A DNA stretch of 64,000 nucleotides from Trichoplax sp. H2 (lineage: Eukaryota): assembly GCA_003344405.1 (NCBI GenBank), contig NOWV01000191.1, positions 62,001-126,000 on the forward strand, given 5' to 3'. The translations under genes and the position numbers were made by a program. The notes beneath the pieces were generated by a model. It worked only from the letters and a program-made list of their open reading frames with translations, searched no databases and was not told the DNA's origin. Shown here piece by piece: positions 23,821-38,714 of this stretch. The stretch's first letter is position 1; each line of letters opens with the position of its first letter.

Positions 23821-26800
23821 AATTTGAAATGTTAATAAGTAACTATTTAATGATAATGGTTTCTCTTTCGTATGATAGTTTTTTACGTCCAAAAAATGAT
23901 CAAAAACTATACTTTAATATTTCTATTTTCTGCTTTAATTCAGGAATTCTGTACGATAATTTTAAGAAATTGCGGCTTACGTTTAGTGTGACTATGTGCT
24001 TTAGAATGGGAAGTTTTAATGGGCACAACATTAAAAATAAAGCAACAGACCTAAATCAATTTACTGAATACAATTACCAAGGTTACATTAAATCGTTCTA
24101 TTAATTGTTATTAAAAAGAAAAGGACATGACAAAAATTAATAGAATTCATAAGTCAAGATTAATGAGCATATTAGTCAATAGTAATAATAAAATTTATTG
24201 GATGATGAACTACTGTTTATCTTAATGTGTAACATCTGTTTGTATAAAAGTATTTCGGATAGGATGCTTAACCTTTAATTTATCATTGCATTCAAAACAA
24301 CTTCTATTGCCTGCTTTTTTACTACAGTATAAAGTTATATTAAATAATTATTATTAATTCCTTTTATCTATTCCTTACCGAAAACTAGTCTCGAATATCG
24401 CGTTGGATGATTGTAGATTGGCTGACAAAATGACTCTAATTAAGCAAAAATGTTATTTCTATAACATAATACATTAGCTATTGTAATGATGATGATATCG
24501 GAACCATGGAAAATCTAATCAATTTAATAATTAATCTATTGAATAGGTACGATAACAAATAACTATTTTTTAAATTTTCAAAATTGAAAGATTGTTATTC
24601 TCATCAGGGGCAAACTAACAAGCAAAGTATAAATTGGCTTTTATTCTAAAATCAGCCAAGACAATTGCATTTCTCGTCTGTTAGAAATGGATTGGATTTT
24701 CATATTCATAATAATTTGTAACATAATAATATTAAATATCCTATTGAATATCAAGATTTAACCTAAAGGCCATTTCATTGATGCTTAGGAAGTAAAAACA
24801 ACTCGTACTGTAGTGTTACAATCTCTAACGTCTAATTAAGATTGAGGGTGTGGGTATGTTTAGTTCATGATCTATTTAAACTATTTCAATTAAGCACATT
24901 TAAATATAATAAACACGCGAGAGTGATGCGAGTTATAAGGAAAACTATGATAAAAATAAGGCTTATTATGGAAGATTTATGGCATCTACATTGGAGCCGT
25001 ATATCAAATATTGAATCCTTAGTAAACAGTGCTAAAGCCAGGTATCATTGACTAGGTATCTAAATTTACTTTTCCGATAGACTGCTAAATTAATTGTAAC
25101 CGATAAATAACATACCAGATTTACATAGATGAAAGTATTTAATAAATCTCATATAGTGATTTACTTCCGATCGATTAGCTCGATATCTTCACTCTTATTG
25201 TATACTGTTAGATCAAGCTCTCGAAAAATCTAGACTTACTTTCTGGCATAGTTACCCTATTTAGCTTATCCTTGTCATCAACTTTTTACTTACTTTCCAT
25301 CGCTAGTCAAACAATCGATAGATAAGCTTACATACAGGTACTTTGTTAGTGTTGCCATAGAATAAATTCGGAGTAAAATACAAATTTTAAATCGTCCATA
25401 CTGTGTACAGAGGTATGAAGCAAAATATATTATTCGCGCCTATATGAGCACGAGTAATTGAAAGTTACTCCAGCAATGTAAGATTGGTATTAGTGTGCGT
25501 ATAGAGCTAATTGAAAGCACTCTCCCAATTAAGACTTGATTATATGGATTAAATTACTCCCTCATTAAAAATTGGAAGAAGTAACTTCACATAATGAATA
25601 CGTAGAATAGTTAATAATAGCTTGTGTAGTTTCCATATTATGATAAAGTCTTTGCATTAAACTTTTTTAGCATGAAAATTCTGCCATTAGTATTTATATG
25701 GTAGCAACTTATTTCTAATAGCCAGTCTTGTACATTTCATACTGACCTATCGAAAAAGTCTTTCAACCTGAAAGAAAACATAATACAAGCGATTACAAAT
25801 TAGGAATAAATAAAATAGATTGTGTCGTGACAATAATCATGCTGTGATTTCCTATTTTTAATATTTAGATTACTAAAAAGAACAAGACAATCAGAAAATA
25901 ACACAAATAATTACCGATGGTAGTTATGGATATATTTATACACAGGTACAACATGTAACTAATTAGTCTATGTTACACTACCATGAAACTAATTATTGCT
26001 TACTGTATTAATGTATCCGGTATCAAATATAATTATAGGTTGCATGTCACATCCGTTATTTATCTACTTTTAGAGTATGCTGCTATTTTAAGGCTATTGC
26101 CTTGGTACTACAGCAATATTGGTTCGCTATCCGATTTGAGGGATGCTATATCTCAAATGAACAGAATTAAGAAACTATAAGCATACACGCGTTTAATAAA
26201 TGGATATTCACTGCAAATGACGAATTCACATTATAATTGAATTTTGATATTAATTTGAATATAATTCCCCGCAAAATATAGCAAGGAGACTTGGCTGAGT
26301 TAACTTTTTTTAATATTAATCACTCATGCTGTTGTTCATTAAGTGATTTCATATAAAAGACCACTCTATAGATAATATGTTAACTTCTATTTGTGCAAAC
26401 GAACAGAAATAATATACGTGCACTATCATACTAGAATAATTTTGAATTGCATAAGGATACTGGTAGTTAATGATAAGTTAAAGAAAAGACTTTAACCAGT
26501 AAATAAAGTCATTTCTTTCGCTTATTTACTAAAATAAAAAGTAAAATTTGTTCGATTGAACTGCTTGCTATTTGACGTGTAATGCTAGCGTCTTCTTAAT
26601 CTTCTTAATCAATAAAAATTATAAAATTAAGGAGTGCCAATTGCAACTGTAGATTGAGAGTTATGAGTTTGGCAGATGCAAACACTTAGTAATAAATATA
26701 GGATGACTCATTACGGTGTTCTTTTATAAATTAAATGATGTACATTAACCTCGTGACTTATGGACTAAATGTTGCTATTACAGAATTATGTAAATGTTTA

Positions 26801-27848
26801 TCTACCTTAAAGCCATTAATAATAAGGAAAATTCTTCAGCGGTAGCATACCAATTTAACGTCAATAACACAGATTTTATAGAGCGAAACTTCCTCGAAAT
26901 AATTTCTCATCAGCGATACAGCAATATCATGCCATTCTCTTCCGAGAAAATAAAATATAAATGGAAAATATTATTGTGTTATCTACTTAATCTTGACCCT
27001 TAAGTGAAAGATCAGCTGATCTACGTGATAAATAATCAGATATTTTGCAGCAAAACTATGCGGTCTGTATACTATACTCATAGTTAAGGTTAATTTTATT
27101 CACTGAAGCTGGTTAAAATTATCTTATCATGTTCAACTTTATATACTATGTTAGCAATTTAAAAGCTTGGTAATTTACGCTATTTGTTGATCTGTTGTCT
27201 TAACTATGTCTAGTAATAAATTATGTGCTGTTACTGCAGTTTATTTCTCTTTCTCATAAATAATTCCAGTAAGAGCATCACATTCATTTCTAGGGACTGA
27301 AATTCTTGCTATATTGATAGTGAACGTATAAACATCAAACTGAGTTTTATGATAACATACTTTAAAGAGCTTTATGGTAAAGTAGCAACTAATAAAATAT
27401 TTAACGTAGCCATTTTTAATTCGAAATTGCAAATTATAATTTCCAACCATACAAGATACGGTACTGTATCCAGTACCGTATCTGTTAGGGTGGTTAATGA
27501 CCAATGATTTAGTGTGTCAAGAAAGGATGTTCAAAATTGAAGTAGTAGATATTCTCCGTTACATGCATGGAAAAATTATGTAGGCATATGAGAACGCGAA
27601 CAAAGTACCAGGTTGCAGGTATGCGATCTCGAAAATTCATATAAACCCCAAATCGTTCTAATTAAGATACAGTTTACTTGCAGCTCGTGCAAACTTCGCT
27701 TATAATCTGGGAATATGGCTTCGCGATTAATAGCAAATATAATTCAATTGCTTTATTAGCGATTATCAAGAGTGTAGTTTTAAATCCACTAGTTTGGGTT
27801 TATAATTTGTAATTTATGAACTGTTTCAGCTGGCAAGAAGGATATTAA

Positions 27849-28017
27849 TGTGAAGCTATTACAGCTATTTCAAATCTGAATTAATCAAATAATGTTTTTT
27901 TTTTAATCTGTTAGCATTAGCTATACTATCGTGTGAAGCTACTACTCTTACCTCAAATCTGAATCAATTTAACTGAAGTTTTTTAAATCTGATATCATTG
28001 GCTATGCAGCTACTATC
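27849..28017. repeat. Degenerate tandem duplication, about 83-bp unit x2
   Basis: GTGAAGCTA..TCAAATCTGAAT..TTTTTTAATCTG..CATT.GCTAT occurs twice. Confidence 0.65.
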
Positions 28018-31000
28018 ATTTAATACGATGGGATACAACACATAAACTCTCAAGATCTAGTATTATTTTCTGAAGTCACTTTAGTAAAGTATTACAACTT
28101 ATTTTTAATACTTGAAGACGTTTGAATGCCAAAGAGTGAAATCACTATCATATAATTGAGGCGAATATTTTCAATTGAAAAACTATCCGTGCGGCATGCT
28201 TTAGGAGTTTACAAAATCTCGTTAACACGGGACATATTATCGAAGAGATTAAGGACATTTAACTATCCTTTCATTTAATGACACTTTTAAAATCTTATAA
28301 TTTAACAATCGTGAGTTAGACTATTCTTGTAGGATCTTACAATTTTGACCTTAGCTTTACATGGGGCTACATCGTATTCGTCAATAAAATTTGAAATCGA
28401 AATAGATTCTATTTTATATGCCACCTCTACATTTATCCAGGTGCGAAGTAAATGTAACGGATAGTGGCGTGTTTAAAGTAGAAAAAATGCTCCATTTTGA
28501 CTATCAATAGATAATGACTGCTGAACAGAAATCTGTAAGCCATAATCAATGCATTAGTATCCCATTTTGATGCTTACTTTTGATTGCAGCAATATCCCTC
28601 GCCAACTATGATACAATCAATTCTTGATCAGCTCGCTCTGTAAATACTAAAATTAGATTTTACAAGTTTGCCCGTAGATAGAATTCCAGCTCACCTTCCT
28701 TCCTACAGATGCCTAAGAGAAATTATAATACAATAATGCACGTATAAATCAACCTTTTAAAAATTTGCTCTGGAATACTCTTTATATCTTTCTCGCATTT
28801 GAGATCACTCGCTCCGTAGTACTTCAGCATAAGATCCATTCCCGGTATGCTATACTGTATACTTGTGTCACGTTCTGTAATAGTTACATAATTAGTATGT
28901 TACCTTCTTTCTATATATGGTTAAATATCACGATGTTATCACGTCGTGCGTATATAGATGTAGTTATGGTACTATATTAAGGTTATCTATATATGTATTC
29001 TCATGTTGCCATACTTGGCATGATAGTCTATTTGTAATGACTAAACTAGGGAAACCTTTCTGTTAGTGATGATCTTGTGATCTACGTTAGTAGATCGAAG
29101 GTCACAATAAAGAAAGTATATAAACTCTTCATTTTAACAATAAAGTTAGTTCTTCAACTTAATTGCTGGGTCTCCTTGCTGATTGCAGATCTAGTACTTG
29201 TTACAAAATTTGGAAGTTGTAACAACTTGCTAGTTATATCGGCAAACTTTCGCAATGTCGACATATAAATTCGATCTGCAATGCAAGTTCAGATATTCAT
29301 CTTGCAATCGATTAGGCTGCTGAGAAAGTCATTCATGTTTAAGAGCAATATTTATGATCCCGCTACACCGAGTAGGCCTCCAATATAATTACTTACCTTA
29401 TAGCATCGAAATTAGCTTTGGTTTATCATTTCGTGTTGAGAAAAAACTCTGAACACGACTAAGAAGCGATTAAAATATAGACTTAGCTATTGCCTTCGTT
29501 CTTGTTGTGCAATAATAGTAGTTTCATAGCAAAAGCTTACTTCGGATAGTAAGTATAATCATTATTTCTGAATTCCTAGATTAGCCTTGCCTAGCAATTT
29601 CCTATCTCGATATTCTACATTGAATTGAATGAACGTACGGTAATTTATATCTTCAATTAGGAAAGAAATTGGCTCATGCATCACTTTGTTCTTTCACTGA
29701 AGTCTCTGTATATAATGCCTTTGGCCATTGTCACATATAGCAATATAGCATATTTTTGTATATGTAATCTGTATAAGTGTCAATCATTGCATAGCAGGTA
29801 ACTAATTACGATTTGTTCTGAATACATGTTATAGAAGTTGTAGCATAGATAAAGATTCGATTATTAAGAGGCTAAAGTTAACTCTATATTCAGCATGTCT
29901 TCCAATACTGATGTATATATATATAATTAGCATGGTAAATTATTCTGATGCGAGAAGTTCATATCATGTAACAGATAAAGCTCCTTTTAGTGCTTTTGGG
30001 TTCGCATTTGACCCCTTATTTGTCTCAGTTTCATTTGTATATTGTACCTTATTGCAATCCATATTTCCTACAAATGTCAAGCGAGACTGTAGGTATTCTT
30101 ACTTTAATACACGGAAAGTTGATTGATAAGCCTATGACTTGCGTGAACAGCTTAGGAATAAGAAAATTATAAAAAATACTATGGAAACTCTTAGCTTTCA
30201 ACAATAAAATTATTCTCACATCATTCCCCTCAATAACTTTTGTCTCATAATAGGCATATAATTCTAGTCTCCAAGGTATAAAAGATCCTATGATCAATTC
30301 TATTACAGTATTCAATTTACGGTTTTCACATGATTTAGAGAGAACGTTTATTTGCTGTTCCAATCGATAATCGAGGTTCGAAAGTTAATTAAAAACAAAT
30401 GGCTAATGCATTGCCTTTGATCCAAATAAATACCGGTACATTGAATCACCCTCAGCTAGAACTTTAATTCTATGTTCTCAAAAATTTCGAATACTGACAA
30501 CCAATTTACTGAATCTGGTAAAAGGTAAAAAATTTCATCTTTTTACTAGAACTGATGCCCCCTGCACTTGCCTGATTAAAAGAAACATGAATTAATTAGT
30601 ACCCTAGTTATAGTATCCGAAGGATTAAAATAAGGAAATGGTATTAGTGATGTATCTGCTATATGTATTGCTATTTATTTCTGGATCTATTGAAAACTCT
30701 TGTAAATTATCTTGTAGCTTTAGAATTAGTTTGCAGTTAACGCAAAGAATTATAGTTAAATATTCGACATCTCACTTTACCAATTGAAAAGCTAGGATTA
30801 GGTATTACGAAAATATTTACATAATCTACTTTTCCTTATGATATACTATCGCTACTATGTCTTAACACTGAATAATTAGGTAAAGAAAAATTCTTAAAAA
30901 GTACTTTCTCATTTGTACAGAAATTTCACGTATAAAATTCCATCATAATCGTCATTTGACATCGAGATCTACCAAACTATTCAATCCTCTGAATTATATT

Positions 31001-31862
31001 ACTATTCTCAGTAAAAGAATCGCATAGTAACACACTCTAACTAATAACATTACCTAATATAAGCTGTAAGCATAGTATCATTAAAGACTCAAATTATGGA
31101 AAAAGAAGCTATCCTATCAAGGCGAAATATCATAGTTTGTCGCTAAAAGCAAGAAATTCAATTATTATTGTGAAAATAGGTAATACAATTGTAGTAAAGT
31201 CAATTATTAAATATAAAGTTCGGCCTAATATTGAAAGCTGCTTCAATTTTGGAATCATGATCAAAATTTTGCATTAAATGATAAATCATTAACAGTTACA
31301 GAAAGAAAGCCAATACTTCAACTAACATAGCTTCATTTTACAAGTATTTCTTGAATCTTTGGGAGTATGGCAATAAAGAGTTTCACTGAAATTTTATTAG
31401 TAACGCAGCCTCTAATTGATCAAACATTATTATAGTACTACAGAAGGGGTCAGTACGTTCCCACCTATATAATCTGCCAGTAAAATCTATTTTCTGAGCA
31501 AAGAGTCTCAATTTTGAAGTTCAATATAATAGAATCAAGGATTAGTTATAATCTTAAACCTCATTAAAAGTTATTTACACTACCGTTGGCCATAAGGTTG
31601 AAAAGCTGGTGAATTTATCTTATATCCTAATTGAAGAATTGCGTGAACTATTCTCTAAAGCAGTCATAAACTCCCTCACGAAATGGCTATGTTTTATATC
31701 ATTCTTTACCTTTTTATAATTAACGCCAATATATCTATGTATGATGTTGCTCTATGATGAAACCAGGGGTTTGTGTCCAGGTAAATTTGTCCATTTAGCC
31801 AATATATTTTAATTATCAAACTTTCTTTAACAGTAAATAATTCTACCATAATAACTCAATGC

Positions 31863-32373
31863 TTTTCTCAGACAAGAATATTAAAGTCAGTGGTGAATAC
31901 GTCAGCCTAAAAAATAAAAAATATAATGTTGCAACTTTTGACGTAACTTGATGTCTAATTAGTTGATTTAGGGATAGTTATTATTAGCCTGCCTTTAAAA
32001 CTTAAACTACGAAATAATCACACATATTTAATGATTTTTCTTAGACAAGAATATTAAAGGTAGTGGTAAACACGTCAGACTAAAGTATAATAGTTTTCTT
32101 GTTGCAGCTTTTGACGTAATTCAATGTCTAAATAGTTGATTTAGGGGCAGTTATTATGAGCCTGCCTTTGAAAATTAAGCTATAAAATAATCAAATACGT
32201 TTAATGTTTTTCCTGGGTAAGAATATTAATGCTAGAAGGAAACACGTGAGACCATAGTATAATAATTTAATGTCGCAACTTTTAACGTAATTTGATATCT
32301 AATAGGTTGATTTAGGGATAATTATTATTAACCTGCCTTTGAAGACTAAGCTAAGAAATAATCAAGCATATTT
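31863..32373. repeat. Degenerate tandem repeat, about 173-bp unit x3
   Basis: Blocks AAGAATATTAA, ACGT.AG, GCAACTTTTGACGTAA, GTTGATTTAGGG, CCTGCCTTT and AAATAATCA recur with periods of 173 and 172 (anchors 31871, 32044, 32216). Confidence 0.9.
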
Positions 32374-35300
32374 TTAATTACGCATCAGGATAAAAGCCGT
32401 GCTAAATAACCGAGTATAATTTGTTAAGGATAACACCTTCGGTAACTCCTTTGGTTGAAATCACACTTAATAGCCCCATCAAATAGTTTAAAATGAAACA
32501 GCTTTGAAGCGAAGACGATCATGAACGATATTGGATGTATCTAGAGTTTACCCATCCAAAATATTTCCAAATGAGCGAAATTACTAAAGGTATACAGTTC
32601 CTTGGTTACAAGGCCTGGCAAAATTGCCATAATGGCTTTCTATGTTATTAATTCATATTTTTAGACGAAAAATATTTCCGACATAAGCCGTCAACGCCTA
32701 CTATTATTATAAATTATTACAATGTTTAATACCCTTGTTAGTTTTCAATCATAAAAATTTTCATTATTGGCATTTATTGGTTTACCAGCAATTATTCATT
32801 TTATGGTATGATTTTATTGTGTAAGTAAAAAATGTCCGGAAAAATCATTGAGAATATTAATTAGCCATTATTGCACCTTATGAATAGTATCACTATTCTA
32901 GCCTGATTGTCTTTGCTAATGAAAGTATGCTAATTGATCTATTTTATTGAAACTTGCATAGAATTTCGAATAATATGTCAGTTTTATGCATTTAATTTTA
33001 GTACCATGAGTTCGTGATGGAATCATTATCATAGAAATTGGTCAGATTCCAGAGATAGAAAAATACATAAAATGTTGTATTGGTATTCAATCTGACTCAT
33101 GAATTTTTCATCCTTAAGTAAATATTTTAATAGAGATAAAAGCATTCCTTGATTAACACCTGTAACTAGCCGCACTAGAGCAGATGGAACTGTGATATTA
33201 GGCACTACTAGGAAATAGAAGGGTTATGTTACTAATAAGGTAACAATCTACCAATCTTTCTAATTGGAGAATAAATATGTTGAAAATTTTTACATCTGGG
33301 TGAAACTCTTTGTACCTTAAGATGAAACATTTAATCTTGAATAAACAAGTTATTTTAAAACATTCCACACGATTATAAATCTAGGCGTTTCAAAGTTATT
33401 CCAGAATATAGATTCTTTAATCTTGGGGCCAACTACTTTAACCTTATGATTAAGGCTTGCATATGGCTAACAAGAATCATGCAATAATTGTACCTTAAGA
33501 GTCATGTATCGTTTCATGGCCAAGTAGAGAGCTACAGTAAAGCTATAAATGAAAACAAACTGCCATATTCTGTAATATCGTAGGGTAACTGCGTCATTAT
33601 TAGTTGTATCTTATTTCGCCGTTGGAATAGCTATCTAAACAAGAATAAATTTCGCAGGAAATAATCGGAGTTTATATCCTTCGACGTATAGAAGTGAGCA
33701 TCTATCCATCTATCTACACCATCAGACTAATAAGATATTAATAGAATACTGTACAATAAACTATAGGAGGTCAATAAAAGAAAGGTTACAGTACTTTAAT
33801 AATCAATCTCTATCATAAATTTTCATGATTTACGTGGTTAAGACTTTATGAAAAATAGATCAACATGGATTAGAATAATTGCGAAACTTAAACTATTTCT
33901 GCTACAACCTACGCAGTAGAAAACATATCAGCGGTACAAAAAATTTACTGAATGAAATGTTTGAATTAAACTTCAATAGTAGCTCCTCAAAATGATCCCA
34001 GTTGAAGTTTTTAAGCTACAGCAGCAAAGAGACTTTGCGTTTAATTACTGAATCGTAGCCATTGTCTTTCATTATTACGATTGTCAAATGTAAGTACAAA
34101 TACGCAGACATCAAGTCAAAATTAAATATAATAGTCAACTAGAAATTTTACTTTCTATTGCAACTTCGATCAAATATAGTTTTTGAGTAGCTAACTGATC
34201 GCTAATAATTTAGATTGCTGGAAAGTAATTAAATCGAGGCAATTGAAACCGAATACAATCAATTTTAGCCTCGCTGTAAAATTGCTATAAGCTAGCTATC
34301 AAGGATAGAAGTCTATAAATGGCAGCAGTAAAATGGAAAAAATTGGTTACAGTTGACATTAAATCTATTTACAGAAGTAATGTTTTTAGTTCAATTAAAT
34401 ATCGTTTTTAGAATATGTCAAGAATTTTCAAGTGATATCTAATCACTATTATGCTTCTATGCCGTTGTTGATTCCCTAGTCATTTATTCTATTCTAATAA
34501 AGAAAATAATTTCTAAAGTTTTGTAAAAGTATTTAAAATATTTTTCAATATTCCAGCCCCTTTTTCCTCTTGTAATAGGCTTGCAGCCTAACTTGAAACA
34601 TACCACTTTGTTTACCAGCTTTTCATACTATTTCTAAAATACCATTTCTTGATCGACTTCCGTTCCATACTTTTACATTCTACTCAATATAATAAAAAGA
34701 AGTGCTATTTCCCAGCTCAATTTTGTCGTCATCAATAAAGACGCTATTATATATTACTTGGATAGAATTGTTTTTGTTCATTACAGTATCAACTTTCAAT
34801 AACTGTCTACGACAATAATCATCATTGCTAATATAAATGTAAAATCAGTCAAAATGTATTTTCTATTGATTACAGCTGCATGCCAACCTAACAGCTGTAT
34901 TTACAAATTGGTGTGTTGTCTCTATTGATAATTTCTTTCGCACTCATTATAACTAAAGGATTAGCGATCAATGGATGATATAATGTGTATGAATTTACAG
35001 CAAACATTAGATCATAGTCTATGACCTATTTGAACATTTGATAAAAAAAGCTGTTATCATGAACAATGCCAATTGTTGCTAACATTATTTAATCTATTAT
35101 TTCACGGTCATCGACCTAAAGGAAATTATACACTATATCAAATTCATTTTGACCATACTTGTGAATTGATAAAGGACAACTGACCATTGATAGCATTTTT
35201 ATCTATTATACGAGTAAGATGTTTGCCAAAAAAGAATTGAATAGATACTTTACTACTAATATAATTTAATTTTAACGGTGGTACAGATAAGATGAATAAC

Positions 35301-38300
35301 AAGATACACTTATATCACCATCTTATTAGCTTAAATGAAGAACCTGATCCTTTCTGTTTATTCCTGATATGATTTCTAATGTTATTCGTTAACAGAAGCT
35401 GATGAATAAGAAGTCGTTGTAGTCGGTAATAAAACTTTTAAAATTAGGACATAAAATACGATGATTCACTGAAAGTTCTGAGTATCTGTCCATTTTATTA
35501 AAATGGATTCTAATTTACTAATGTAAATATCAATCATATTACGTGACATTAGTGAAGTAAATAATTGTTTGTATTGTAATAAAGATATAGTGTGGATCTT
35601 TATTTCGCTTTTGTCGTTTGATTAGTAGTATAACAAAGAGTTCATGAAAAAATATAGCTCTATAATAAACATAGCAAAAATGCTACAGATTTATCAGTGA
35701 GATGAAACTTTGAACATTTCTTCTATCCTTAGAAATATTGATCTATTACTGTTAGTAGCGTAACATTATTATTACATGATATCCATTGAATCGAAGTAAA
35801 TCAGAAAATATAGTTGATATTTACAGTTATAGCTTCTTCAAATCAACCCATTTCAATACATATCTAGCTATAAATTGTGCTTACTCGAAGGTTAGCAAGA
35901 GTAATTGATTGATTAATGTTTATTAGTAGGTTGGTCACCTTAAAAACTCTTTACGTAATATATTAAATAAACGCATATTAATCAATAATTAATACTTTGA
36001 GCATTTAGATAACCCCATGATGAAGGGGATTTATTTTGTATTCCAGAATTATAGTCAGATACATATCACTTGTATTCTAGTATAAATTTTTTCAGAATTT
36101 ACTTTGCTTGCTATCGTTTTCTGATAACTATTATTAACTTTTACGCAAGTTTGAGATAGATAACGTTGGGGACAGAGAAAATACCCTCAATCTTACGAAT
36201 AGGACTTGAAATTTATCTATTGTAGTGGTTACCGTAGGATATTTTCTATGAATAGATTTTCTTTATAATGTCTAAATTAATATCATTTTCCGTCCTATGC
36301 ACATTGTGAAACTTTACGATTAGCAATTTTATATTAATACCGGTAGAAAATTGTTGCTACTGAATCATCTAATAGGAAATGCTAAGTTGAATTTAGTATT
36401 TGAATTATTCTTTACTATTTTTTCTTATTGTAATAATCTATTATAAAAAATTTCACGATAGAAGGGAAATTTACCATATACCGCCATAGCGAGCGAATTA
36501 ATTGCAAAGTGTATCTCAAAGCAAACGCAGCGAATTAGAAATACGCAGCCGGATTTATATTGCTATCAAACTCTATATCTCAGCTATTTTTCTCAGGCTG
36601 TATGTAACTCTATTCGATCTCATTAAGTTTGATATCTCATCTGTTTCATATAAGGAAATATTAGATTCCATGTTAGAGTTGATCTATCCTTTATTTCAAT
36701 CAGCAGACATAAATCTAGAGTAAACAAAAACGTCCGTAAAAACGGCGAAAAAACCGTTATGTTACGGACAGTTGGACAGACGGAGGATGGAACCAAGCAA
36801 TAGGATTTCATTAAATAAATACGTAGGTCGATGCTCGCAATGGGAGAAGATATGGGAGAAGATGCTTATTCTAAAAGGCGGAAGAATGGATCCTTAGCTC
36901 ATTTTTATGGAACTGAAGTACAATTTGGCTTTATACAGTAGTAAATAGAAAGTATATTGTACTGTGGGAATATTACTGCAAGAGTAATTACGGAAAGAAA
37001 TTATGGCTTTGTTGTTGCCTACTGTAGATTGATAATTGTCTATTGCTTGCGGAAAAAGTAGTTACAATGTTGTTTTGATATTATTGATTTTTGAGGATGT
37101 TATTGCAATAATATATAATAAAATGATATAATAGTTAGCCTTCTGAAGATAGCATATGATACCCAATAATAGGTTATTCGTATTTTATTAAATTACTACG
37201 AATACTATGGGATTGGATGCTAAATGAAATTCTAGCACATGATTAAGTAATCAGTATCTCAATGATTGACTATGTAAACAACATTAATACCCTCTATCGA
37301 AAGTCTTCCTAACGAAGTTTGATGAATTGATGCGATAGCATTTCGTTTGCAGGAATTGATGGAGATGCGCTAAATAGCAGTAGCTCATAATCTTTAACTA
37401 GATGGCCTATATGTGACTATCATTATTTTTTATTTGAGGCTTTTTTTAATTTGAGATCGACGGCAAAATCAATCGATTGATTCATAAACAATGATTATTG
37501 AACTATGATATCATTGAGTGCTTAATTTTTTTACCATTTTCGTAAGTCACATTTAATGACCTTAGTCAGGTGATTATGTTATTGTCAATAATGATATTTA
37601 AAAAATGTATAGTCAGTGATAGTAGACTCGAATATCAGCACAATAGCGTCAAAACTGGGAATATTACGCAAAATATATTTTAATTTGATCATTGACCATT
37701 TTAAAATATTCCATAATATCAACATTACTATACAGTTTGATCAATATATTACTTGCAACTAATTGTGGTGATCTAAGCTGCAATCGAAGCTTCTGCTGCT
37801 TGAATTTAATGCTAATAATATGCAAGTGTTGTTCTGTTTCCTTCATCACTCGCTTATTACCTTTGACGAATCAATGCCACTCATTTAATGTCAGAAAGTG
37901 GCCTAATAAGAGGTGCTACTTCATTAGCATGATGAATATTATCTTGTGCAATCTTATCTACGCCTCCCATAGTCATTGTCACTCATTAAGTGGACTAGTT
38001 CAATTTTGCAACAATTGAATGCATGGTATTTAAGTAGAGTATAACTCTGATCGATACGGAGTTTTCCGAGTTGAAAAATTGGTTTAGCTCATTTCTCTAA
38101 GCTCCTTTAGATCGATTTGCTTCGTTATTTATTTTCTCTATAATTTGATGCCGTCTATAGTACACACTATTATAACATCCATGGTTACTTTTATTATGGT
38201 AGGGGTAGAATATCAGCGACCAAGTCTGCAATGATCACCCAATTCGTAGCATACCGTACCCTATCGTTTTGAAATGATCGATGATTTATGCATTCTTCCA

Positions 38301-38714
38301 GCATTCTCAATCCATTCCTAGTGTTTCATTGCCATCAATCTCTCTACTGTCACTCGATGTACCTTGATTGACTAAGATGAAGTAACTAAAATGTGATTTC
38401 TACTTCATCCAAGTATGTACTTTACACCCCGCTGTAAACTATCATGAAGTGACTATCAAGTGATTTACAGTATCGTGCTCTCTCTCTCTCTACCTAAACA
38501 CCCTTTCCATTGATTTCGACTTTGCAACTTCTCCTGTCTGTTTTCCTCCTTACTTACTACCTATTCAATCAAAATCTTTCTGGATTGAATAGAAAGAATT
38601 CAAATCCATCAGTTGTTTTAATATTTGATATTACGCCATCATCATTCATTGATTGAGACTGTATTTTAATTAAGGAATCGACTGTCATTGTCAGTCAAGA
38701 ATAACTTGTGATTT

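Noticed and set aside
38561..38592. CTATTCAATC...GATTGAATAG inverted repeat
   Set aside because: An AT-rich 10-bp stem with a 12-nt loop is plausible by chance.
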